From: a virus
DNA: 64,000 nt
Strand: one strand, 5' to 3'
IMG/VR virus record: IMGVR_UViG_3300032820_000001
Location: 96,001-160,000 of that record
In this document: positions 8,920 to 16,912 of the stretch, piece after piece
Numbering within the stretch: position 1 is the first letter of the stretch
Layout: every line of letters begins with the position of its first letter
The notes under the pieces: model-generated
The model's input: only the letters and a program-made list of their open reading frames with translations
The model's database searches: none
What the model was told of the DNA's origin: nothing
Program-made: the position numbers and the translations under genes

Positions 8920-9170
8920 TACTTGTTGTAACCTTTAATCCTTTCAAAGATATCGATGGCTGATTGGCCGCCAAGGTAAACGATACTAATCCAGACCCAA
9001 TGCTCCGATTCGAGAGCGGCCACAGACATGAGTGCCGTAGCTGTCATCCAAACCATTAATTTGCGAGAAGCCACCTTGCTAAACAGCCTGTCCAGTGCTC
9101 CAGACTTGGATGTCATTTGGTCAAGCTTCTCCTCAATTGTATCTAACTTAATTTTCTCATCAGTGCTCAT
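8919..9170 (-). CDS. Holin-like small membrane protein, 83 aa
   Basis: SRKL followed by two short TM segments and a basic C-terminus. GGAGGTG RBS before ATG 9170. Confidence 0.55.
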   Translation of the reverse strand: MSTDEKIKLDTIEEKLDQMTSKSGALDRLFSKVASRKLMVWMTATALMSVAALESEHWVWISIVYLGGQSAIDIFERIKGYNK

Positions 9171-9189
9171 AATCGTCACCTCCACCATA

Positions 9190-9196
9190 TAAATAG
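9190..9196 (-). promoter_or_regulatory. Putative late promoter CTATTTA upstream of the lysis cassette
   Basis: The same heptamer recurs in several intergenic gaps upstream of late-type genes. Confidence 0.5.
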
Positions 9197-9199
9197 TAG

Positions 9200-12100
9200 T
9201 TATTGATTAATATGAGCAAATCCGTCCTTCCTGTCGATATCAATTGTCATATCCGCAGCATCCTTCAAACTATCCAAATGAGAGATTAGGATAACTTTAT
9301 TGAATTGCATCTTAATCAAATCAACAATCCTGTTAAAGCCTTCCATATTATTCTCATCCAAAGAGGTGCCGGGCTCATCAAGAATGAACACATCGCCACG
9401 AGGCAACGTGCTGACGCTCAAGAGAGCCAGACGAATGGCAATTGCTGCCAATGTCTTTTCTGCTCCCGATCCCAACTCAATTGGTCGGGGATCAAACTTC
9501 GGGTGCTTAATCAAAACATCAAGTTTTCTTCCGTCGGTTTCAAGATAAATCTCAAAGTCGGCAACGTTAGAGAGAACCTTAGAAATCTCTGCGTTAATGA
9601 CTGGAAGTCTTCGTTTCGTGATGTCCGAAGAAATTCCGTGGGAATGCATGCACTGCAAAAAATAATCATAAGCGGCATATTCTTCCCTCTTTTGGTTAAG
9701 CATCTCTCTGTCGGCTTCTAAAGATGATAATTTCTCTTCTAAGGAGCCGTGAATCTTATATAATTTTAAGATTTCTTCCTCGCAGCTATCCAGAGATAGG
9801 GACAATTCAGAAACCCTTTTTTGTCTCTTTTCTCGCTCTTTTAGAAGAAGTTCCAAATTTTCAATTGCATCTTTGTTTTCTTCATAAACTTCAATATCTT
9901 TTTTAAGATCCTCGATGTGTCGTTCCTTTGAAAGAATTTCCAAAGCCAACTTTTCAGACATAAGGGAGGCTTCTGAAACTGCTCTCTCCTTCTCCAGCTT
10001 CTTTGTAATAAGCTGATCGTATTTGTCAATGTGAGAAGTTACCACCTCTGGGCCTAATAGCTGGAGGCTGTCTTGTTTTTGCGATTTTGACGAGGTTATC
10101 TCATATAATCTCTCCTCAAGATCTGGCAGTCTTCCTTCTGCGGCCGTTGCGTCTTTCAGCAACTTACAGTGTAAAAATTTATCACCACATGGCACCTCGC
10201 TCAACAAAGACGCCTTTCGCTTTGCAACAGAAACTTTTTCATTGAGGGTATTCCACTCTCCTGAAAGGATATCAATGTCCCTCTCAAGATCTACAATATT
10301 TGATTTTCTCTCCCTATACTCTTCAATGTCAAAGGAAGATATAAAATCATTTATCTTTTCAAGTGCCTCTGAATCTTTCACTCTCGTGTTTGCTATTGTT
10401 GTTTCTGTCTCCTGCAAATTCAGGACGTCTTCGGTAATCTGCAAAACGGTGGTCTTCGCATTCTCCGCATCGATGATTTCCGCAGGAATAGAATCAATTT
10501 GGGAAGTGATGGTTGAGATCTCTTCTTCGTTTTCTTCTATTTCTTCTTTAAACCCTTCACACTTCGCTGTATGATCGGCTACTGCATTTTCGTTTCTCAC
10601 AATGTCGGCAGCTCCAGAGGCAATCTCGTTAGCGTAGTCCCGGCCCTCAAGGGCCTTTACGAAGCCACGCAAGTCTGCTGCCTCCAACTTTGCAATACTA
10701 AATTTCTCTTCAAACAAAAGCAAATCAAGAAACTTTGCAAGAATTTCCTTTCTTCTCGTAGAGCCCTCTTTAATAAATGTAAGAGAGTCTGTCTGAGATG
10801 ACATGGATGTAAGTAAAAAGTCATCAATGTTTCCAAAGTATTTGGCTATGTTTCGATCTGTTTCTATGCGAGTCGTCCCATTGAGTTCCCTCATGTCGCC
10901 GGCAGAATCAGTAACAAAGAAGTCGACGTCTGTCTTTGCTTCATTCGTCACCTCTCCCTTTAGTCTTTTAATATACTTCTCCGATTTTCTCTCAACAATA
11001 TAATCCTGGCCGGCAATATCAATTACAGCCCTGGCTCTGCAATTTGGTTTGTTTTGGTTAATAATGTTATATGCTTTCCTAACATTTTTAGTCGTACTGT
11101 TGAAAAGGGCATAACATAAAGAATCAATGGTACTACTCTTTCCAGAATAGTTTTCACCAAAGATGCCCACCACTCCGGAGAGATTTTCAAAATCAACATG
11201 GTTGCCATCTCCATAATTAAAAAGGTTATCCCACTCTAAGCTTTTAAGCTTCCAATGGATGTTGCGGGATACCTCATCACTTTCGGAGGCGTAAGAATTC
11301 ATGCGGCGATTAATAGCAAGGACTTCTGATATCATGTCATCAGCCAATTCATAGTCGTTGAGGTATTCTTTAATCAATCTCTCTTGGACCTTTTCATCTC
11401 TCAAATCTTCTTCGAGAGCCTCTTTTATCGCATCCTCGACGCTGCCAACAACTCCGCTTACGTTGTTCTGTGTCGTTGTTGATTCTGGTTTGAATTTCGT
11501 TTGAACAACTCCTTGGGCCTTTCTCATCGCTCCAACAGAAATCTGATTCATTGAGCGAATGCGGATGCGGGCGTTTTCCGGTATCTCTAGCTTCTTCGGC
11601 ACCTTACCTTTGGGTGTAAGGATAATTGTGACAAAAGGGTTTGGATTCAGAATTCGATGATGGGAAACTGAGAAGTTGTCCTTATCTTCGATGTCCCAGA
11701 TCAAGAACCCCTTATCGTCAGTCTCTCCATGATTTTGTTGAATGGTTGATCCGCAATATCGCACACGACCTTCATGATCAAGGGATTGATCAGTCTTGTG
11801 AATATCGCCAAGCATAGCATAATCAAAACCACAAAGAACTGAAATATCGATTCCATGCTCTAGCATGAATCCCGTATCGGTTCTGCAGCCTGCGACGCTA
11901 CCATGATAAAGGGCAATGTTTATTTTCTTCTTCTTTGTGGGTTCAGTGATCCAATTGTTCTTATCAAACACGGAAAGGATATTGAGAACAAGGTTGTGCT
12001 TAAGCGTAACCTCTTTAGAATTCTTGTGCAAGAAAACTTTCGGGTTTTTCATCGCATCCACAATAGGGCTGATTGCATCCTGCCGACTGTCGTTTCTCAG

Positions 12101-12352
12101 GTTGCCATCATGGTTCCCAAGAATAACGTGTGTCGGTGCAATATCTGCCATGCTTCTCAGGAAGTCGGTTGTCATGTCGACCAATTCTGGGGATATGTCT
12201 GTCTTGCGGTGAGCAATGTCTCCGCAGTGAACAATATAGTCGGGCTTCAATTCACGAAGCTGTCGATACATATCATCGAAAGCAATTTTATATTGCTTGT
12301 GATACTTCAAATTTCGAATATGAGTATCACTAATGTGAGCAATTCTAACCAT
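9200..12352 (-). CDS. Mre11(SbcD/gp47)-Rad50(SbcC/gp46) fusion recombination nuclease-ATPase, about 1050 aa
   Basis: Phosphoesterase motifs SDTH, CGD, GNHD, YHG and GDIH. Walker A GENYSGKS, long coiled coil, signature GSGAE, Walker B ILDEPG, H-loop ISH. AGAGG RBS before ATG 12352. Confidence 0.93.
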   Translation of the reverse strand: MVRIAHISDTHIRNLKYHKQYKIAFDDMYRQLRELKPDYIVHCGDIAHRKTDISPELVDMTTDFLRSMADIAPTHVILGNHDGNLRNDSRQDAISPIVDAMKNPKVFLHKNSKEVTLKHNLVLNILSVFDKNNWITEPTKKKKINIALYHGSVAGCRTDTGFMLEHGIDISVLCGFDYAMLGDIHKTDQSLDHEGRVRYCGSTIQQNHGETDDKGFLIWDIEDKDNFSVSHHRILNPNPFVTIILTPKGKVPKKLEIPENARIRIRSMNQISVGAMRKAQGVVQTKFKPESTTTQNNVSGVVGSVEDAIKEALEEDLRDEKVQERLIKEYLNDYELADDMISEVLAINRRMNSYASESDEVSRNIHWKLKSLEWDNLFNYGDGNHVDFENLSGVVGIFGENYSGKSSTIDSLCYALFNSTTKNVRKAYNIINQNKPNCRARAVIDIAGQDYIVERKSEKYIKRLKGEVTNEAKTDVDFFVTDSAGDMRELNGTTRIETDRNIAKYFGNIDDFLLTSMSSQTDSLTFIKEGSTRRKEILAKFLDLLLFEEKFSIAKLEAADLRGFVKALEGRDYANEIASGAADIVRNENAVADHTAKCEGFKEEIEENEEEISTITSQIDSIPAEIIDAENAKTTVLQITEDVLNLQETETTIANTRVKDSEALEKINDFISSFDIEEYRERKSNIVDLERDIDILSGEWNTLNEKVSVAKRKASLLSEVPCGDKFLHCKLLKDATAAEGRLPDLEERLYEITSSKSQKQDSLQLLGPEVVTSHIDKYDQLITKKLEKERAVSEASLMSEKLALEILSKERHIEDLKKDIEVYEENKDAIENLELLLKEREKRQKRVSELSLSLDSCEEEILKLYKIHGSLEEKLSSLEADREMLNQKREEYAAYDYFLQCMHSHGISSDITKRRLPVINAEISKVLSNVADFEIYLETDGRKLDVLIKHPKFDPRPIELGSGAEKTLAAIAIRLALLSVSTLPRGDVFILDEPGTSLDENNMEGFNRIVDLIKMQFNKVILISHLDSLKDAADMTIDIDRKDGFAHINQ

Positions 12353-12368
12353 ATATTTTCCTCTATTG

Positions 12369-13328
12369 TTAAATGGCACTCAGTGCCTGATATAGAAAAG
12401 ATGAATCCAAATCCATTGGGACGGCTTCTTCTTTTCGTTTCGCAAAGACCTCTTTGGGCATTGTGCCCACATCGCTGTATCCCGAAACATCTACTTTGTA
12501 GACTTCGCAATCATGCTGAATGAGGTTCTTAACTAACCTCATGGCCTTCGACTCAGCATCGGGATCGAGGGCAACATACAACGGTGTGTCGTGATTTACA
12601 ATTTTCGAAAACAATACGCTATCTTCCCTAAGTGAAGACCCAAGAAGCGGAATCGCATTCTCAGCAACAATTGCATCGAAAACACCCTCGACAAGTGTTA
12701 AATCATTTTCCCAATCCACATATAGCTCGTTAAAGACAATATCTTTCTTTGCGGATGGGTTTTTATATTTTATCCACTCTTCCTCATAAGAACGAGCAAT
12801 GAAATAATTTACTCTCCCGTCCATGTTAAAGGAGGGAATAATTACTCTCCCAGCGTATTCGCCAGATCCACAATATCCTATCTTCCACTTTAAGATGTCT
12901 TCTCTCTTTATGTTGCGAGATTTCAAATAATGTGCGGCCTTAATTGAGGAGATGTGGTTTTTCTTTCCTGTTAAAGTTCTAAATTCTTCTGGGAGGTTGA
13001 TGATCTCTTCTGGCTCTAATTCTTCTTTTTTCCCGATATTCTTAATAAGGGCCAAGAGATCCATCGGTGCATTGGCCAGATCCATCCTTCCGGTCAACTC
13101 TTCCCACAATTTTCTATGAGTATAAGATCCGTACCGGCGGATAAGGCGATAGATGGAAGGAGACTTATAATCACAAATCCAGCACTTAAAGCTGTCTTTT
13201 TCTATGTTTATAGAGAGTTTTGGCTTGTGATGTCTACACTTCGGGCATGTAAAGAGACGTTCCTCCCCGACACGATAAAACCCGCCGAGGACGTCTTTTA
13301 ATACCTTTATTTTCTTTTCTGCTGACAA
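12369..13328 (-). CDS. dnaG: DNA primase (DnaG/T4 gp61-like)
   Basis: N-terminal zinc finger CPKC..H..CWIC. Toprim motifs VEGVFD and ALDPDA. TTG start. Confidence 0.88.
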   Translation of the reverse strand: MSAEKKIKVLKDVLGGFYRVGEERLFTCPKCRHHKPKLSINIEKDSFKCWICDYKSPSIYRLIRRYGSYTHRKLWEELTGRMDLANAPMDLLALIKNIGKKEELEPEEIINLPEEFRTLTGKKNHISSIKAAHYLKSRNIKREDILKWKIGYCGSGEYAGRVIIPSFNMDGRVNYFIARSYEEEWIKYKNPSAKKDIVFNELYVDWENDLTLVEGVFDAIVAENAIPLLGSSLREDSVLFSKIVNHDTPLYVALDPDAESKAMRLVKNLIQHDCEVYKVDVSGYSDVGTMPKEVFAKRKEEAVPMDLDSSFLYQALSAI

Positions 13329-13828
13329 ATATGTCCTGCCTTTGCTATAACAATACTGTCTGCTTTATCAAAGCATTCAGGTTTAAAATTACCAAACTTA
13401 GTATATTGTACCACGAATTGGGGTTCTTTGTCAAGTAAAAACTCTACGACTTTTTGTTTGGCGTTTTCGCCTCTTGGAATCTTGATGCCGCAAGCCTTTC
13501 TTGCGGAAGCCGCAGACAGGTATTGGGGGACGACTCCAGTGTGCTCGTATATCAACCATGAAACTACTCCATTAAATCTACTCAAAGTAGATAGTGTTTT
13601 GGCCGAAGAAAATCCGCTTCGAAATGACTGGAGTGATTGTTCAATATAGATTTCCTCGATGTCAAATTGCGTGGTAAGGAAGGTTATTTTACTCCTAATG
13701 GACTTGGCTTTCGAAAAAAAGTCTTTATACTTTCTCGTATCCCATGCTTCATTATGAACTATTTTTCCATTTTTGTCAAGTATTGTGACGCCAGTTATAC
13801 TGGTGCTGACATCTAAACCGCAGATCAT
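13307..13828 (-). CDS. ruvC: RuvC-like Holliday junction resolvase
   Basis: RNase H-fold acidic motifs CGLDVS, IYIEQ and DKADSIVIA. 173 aa. Confidence 0.8.
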   Translation of the reverse strand: MICGLDVSTSITGVTILDKNGKIVHNEAWDTRKYKDFFSKAKSIRSKITFLTTQFDIEEIYIEQSLQSFRSGFSSAKTLSTLSRFNGVVSWLIYEHTGVVPQYLSAASARKACGIKIPRGENAKQKVVEFLLDKEPQFVVQYTKFGNFKPECFDKADSIVIAKAGHICQQKRK

Positions 13829-13834
13829 GCAATT

Positions 13835-13843
13835 ATTATATCA
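13835..13843 (-). promoter_or_regulatory. Extended -10 sigma70-type promoter TGATATAAT, 6 nt before the ruvC-like ATG
   Basis: Perfect TGnTATAAT. The TGA is also the stop codon of the upstream gene. No SD sequence fits in the 6-nt gap. Confidence 0.6.
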
Positions 13844-14905
13844 CAGATCTAACTTAAGTTTAAATGTATAACTGTCTTTTTCTCGCTTGCGGATGGGGTT
13901 TGCTAGCTTTGCGGTGCCGAGCAGATTCATGTTGTCGTCGTAGATTCCGATGGATGATATGTAGGTTGTCTTTTCAAAAGAGCCCGTTTCCTGAAATGAT
14001 GAGGATACAATGTTTTTAATTTCCTGCAAATCATTTTCCAAATAAGTATAGGAATTGCTGCTATCAACTTTAGTCTGGCCGTATTCTACAAACGTTGGGT
14101 TATTGGAACTGTTTAAGTCTCCCCGGTTGGCGTGTGCAAACATCGTCATGGTGGGGGTGTAAGTTGTGCCGTTGAGACTAATATCAAAAGAAGAATCAGT
14201 TAGGGCGGCATCCTGTGTGCCAAAGTATTTCCACCTTGCAAAGTCAGATCCGCCAGGATAATTTTGGTTAGTGTCATTGAGGGCCCACGATCCCGTTAAA
14301 AGAATGAACCCCTCATTATATAATATCACTCCAGCGACCTTGCCATCATCCGTTCCGCCAGACTGCACGAGCTCGCCGCGCTTGGTGGAATCTGTCAATT
14401 GTCCAGCGACAGTTCCAGTTACATAAAATTTTAAATCAACGGTTCCCGCCTGCACAGCCGAGCCGTATAACAGTGACGGAAGGCTTATCAGCATTAGATC
14501 TTGTTCGGGCTTATTTCCGAGACTAGATGAGTAAGCGTAATGGGGGCTGAGTTTCTTATAATAATTTAGTGTATTCAGAAGGGAGTCTAATTTCAGATCT
14601 CCCGAACCTGCAGCCAAATAGTCCGAAGACACCACGACGCTGGAGCTTAGAAAATAATCTTTCTCGAAAGAGGCTGTGACCGAAGAGCCTGTGAAATCCG
14701 TTATCGTCACAAATGTTGGCCTTGCGGTGTATTGGTTTTTTCCTACTATCAATACACTGCCAGATACGTGAGGGATTGGTTTGTATCCAGATTCCGGTGA
14801 ACCATTAAAGTACGAAGCTGAATTTGCGATATAGATTTTGGTCTCAGGATAAGACCTTGCACTATTCAGGATGCTGTCGTTCTTATCAAATTTGTAAAAG
14901 GACAT
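13841..14905 (-). CDS. Baseplate/tail structural protein with a tail-collar-like C-terminal domain
   Basis: C-terminus YISSIGIYDDNMNLLGTAKLANPIRK; paralog of 14932..15942. Confidence 0.7.
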   Translation of the reverse strand: MSFYKFDKNDSILNSARSYPETKIYIANSASYFNGSPESGYKPIPHVSGSVLIVGKNQYTARPTFVTITDFTGSSVTASFEKDYFLSSSVVVSSDYLAAGSGDLKLDSLLNTLNYYKKLSPHYAYSSSLGNKPEQDLMLISLPSLLYGSAVQAGTVDLKFYVTGTVAGQLTDSTKRGELVQSGGTDDGKVAGVILYNEGFILLTGSWALNDTNQNYPGGSDFARWKYFGTQDAALTDSSFDISLNGTTYTPTMTMFAHANRGDLNSSNNPTFVEYGQTKVDSSNSYTYLENDLQEIKNIVSSSFQETGSFEKTTYISSIGIYDDNMNLLGTAKLANPIRKREKDSYTFKLKLDL

Positions 14906-14931
14906 CGGTTCCTCCTTGACGGAAAAGACGC

Positions 14932-15942
14932 CTAGTAATCAAGTCTCACTCGAAGAGTTAGAGTTGTGGATGGATCCTTCTTCAGAGGTTCCGACAGTTT
15001 CGCAGTTGCAAGCAATTCGTTGTCTGCAGAATAAAGACCAACAGAAGTGATATACGAGGACGGTGAGTCAATAGCTTTGTCTTTCACTCTGATTTTACTG
15101 TCATTTAAATAGGTTGGATTAGAGCTGTAATTGAACTCGCAATGATTTGCGGGGCAAAAGTAAATTGTAGAATTCAATTCAATAGTGTTATTAAACGTAA
15201 GGTTGTCAAGGCAGTGTCGAACAGCATTGGCGCTGGAGGAAATTGTACTTCCTGTCAGCATTTGAAGGGCAGTTGTAGTTGCAGAACCAAACTCTTCAGG
15301 AAAAACTGAAGATGTTAGTACGGCCACTCCTGCCTGATAATACAGCAAACCTACGCCCGTTCCGGCGACGGCGGCTGAACCTGTATATAAGATACCATAT
15401 TCGCCAGCTGGTGAGTTTGTTCGGTAATTACTAGAGGCCCCATAATCACTAATGGTTATGGGTGTGGTAAAGGGGGTTGCGTAAGTTCCCGATCCCAAGG
15501 TGAGGATGAAAGTTCCCTTTTTTACTTCGTCTTTTGTGAGCAACCGAGCCAAGTTGATAAAGTATGCTTCATTAATTTTGTCTCCTCCGGAAAGGTCGCC
15601 ATCGCGGTCGAAAGGTCTAATGCTTCCCGTTGCATCATTTCCAACAAGAACCTGAGCCATTTGAGAATAGATGTTTTGCTTTTTGTCGTTCTGGCCGGTG
15701 GTGGTGTCTACGAGGGTTCCTGACGCATATCCGCACGTAAGGTCAAACAAGTGATTGGCCGAAGAGCTTAGGTAAGGGTAGTCATATACTGACTGAAACA
15801 TTCCGTGGGAATAGTTTTTAATGTTCGAGTCGCTGTACGTGCTTCCCGAAACTATCGCTCCCGTCACTGGTACATTCTCATGCAACAAGGTTCTTGTTGA
15901 TGTGATGTTCTCGCTTGAAAGTGTTTTAAATATAGTTGCCAT
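14932..15942 (-). CDS. Baseplate/tail structural protein, paralog of 13841..14905
   Basis: C-terminus YITSVGLYSADNELLATAKLSEPLKK, plus a shared SSNPT motif. Confidence 0.7.
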   Translation of the reverse strand: MATIFKTLSSENITSTRTLLHENVPVTGAIVSGSTYSDSNIKNYSHGMFQSVYDYPYLSSSANHLFDLTCGYASGTLVDTTTGQNDKKQNIYSQMAQVLVGNDATGSIRPFDRDGDLSGGDKINEAYFINLARLLTKDEVKKGTFILTLGSGTYATPFTTPITISDYGASSNYRTNSPAGEYGILYTGSAAVAGTGVGLLYYQAGVAVLTSSVFPEEFGSATTTALQMLTGSTISSSANAVRHCLDNLTFNNTIELNSTIYFCPANHCEFNYSSNPTYLNDSKIRVKDKAIDSPSSYITSVGLYSADNELLATAKLSEPLKKDPSTTLTLRVRLDY

Positions 15943-15958
15943 TATTTATTCCTCTGTT

Positions 15959-16843
15959 CTATGACTTTACGAACCTGACTGGGAGATCAATTGATGCGCC
16001 AGTTGTAGCTCCTTGGATTCTTACGGTGGTGTCGATGTAGCTAACATCACCGACGCCGGTGACATTTCCAGTGCTGCCAAGTTCTGTAAAAAGATACGTG
16101 CTTGAATTGAGTTCAATTGAAGACTGTATCGCAAATTTTAAAATTGTTCCCCTTGGGCCGTCAATTACTTCCGTCGGTGCGGCAGTTGTAATTGTATTCT
16201 CCGACACATAGGATGGGTCAGTCCCAAGCGTCAAATAATAGCTTGCGATCATGTCATCGTCAATGTATGCGATGCGAGCAGCGGGCCCATCGGGAGAGAC
16301 AATCTTTCCTAACCTATTGTCAATTTCCACGATATACTGCGTCTCTAAAAGATCTGTCTCTATCGAAAAGCTTGGGGAAATTGCGTCATTGTCGATTCCC
16401 TGATCAACCCGGATGAACGAGGCTCGTCCTGCGGTGATGTTCTCCCCGAAAAGAATTGGCATCGTGCCCGTGGCATTGTTCTCGGTTGTCTTGTCGACAG
16501 CAACCACATACATATTTATAGAAGTATTCAAGGCAGCATCTGCCTCATCGTTAGCTAAAAGAACTGACATATATAAGATGTTATTTCTTGGGATGGTCAC
16601 AAGTTTGCTTTTCATGGAGGAAGCGTTGTTTGTGAAGGCTTCTAAAATTGGGGTTTGCATAATTTGCAAATCTTGATCGCCAGTTGAGGCGGTCAAATCA
16701 TAGAGAGCGTAATTGATCTCGTCGTCGCCCAAGGCAAATTTTGTAATTGCAAAAGAGCCATCACCCTTTGCCAATCTGTACCGTCCGGTATCGGTTAATA
16801 CCGCATCGATAATAATATCACCACTATTGTCTAAAAATGCCAT
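15959..16843 (-). CDS. Baseplate/tail structural protein (tail-collar-like N-terminus)
   Basis: N-terminus AVLTDTGRYRLAKG...ITKFALGDDEI. GGAGG RBS. Confidence 0.7.
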   Translation of the reverse strand: MAFLDNSGDIIIDAVLTDTGRYRLAKGDGSFAITKFALGDDEINYALYDLTASTGDQDLQIMQTPILEAFTNNASSMKSKLVTIPRNNILYMSVLLANDEADAALNTSINMYVVAVDKTTENNATGTMPILFGENITAGRASFIRVDQGIDNDAISPSFSIETDLLETQYIVEIDNRLGKIVSPDGPAARIAYIDDDMIASYYLTLGTDPSYVSENTITTAAPTEVIDGPRGTILKFAIQSSIELNSSTYLFTELGSTGNVTGVGDVSYIDTTVRIQGATTGASIDLPVRFVKS

Positions 16844-16862
16844 TTGTTATTCCTCCACGTCA

Positions 16863-16886
16863 TAATTAGTATTATACACTAAATAG
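16863..16886 (-). promoter_or_regulatory. Putative promoter cluster: CTATTTA (16880-16886), TATAAT (16871-16876), CTAATTA (16863-16869)
   Basis: Read directly in the gap upstream of ATG 16843. Confidence 0.5.
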
Positions 16887-16888
16887 GT

Positions 16889-16909
16889 GGGTTTTTTAAA
16901 TAAAAACCC
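16889..16909. terminator. Hairpin GGGTTTTT-TAAAT-AAAAACCC after the 16913 gene
   Basis: 8-bp inverted repeat 3 nt after the stop codon; no clear U-tract on the minus strand. Confidence 0.35.
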
Positions 16910-16912
16910 TCT

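Noticed and set aside
5366-13328. Inteins or self-splicing introns in the terminase, Mre11-Rad50 or primase
   Set aside because: Protein lengths are normal, there are no intein terminal or LAGLIDADG/HNH motifs, and the frames are uninterrupted.
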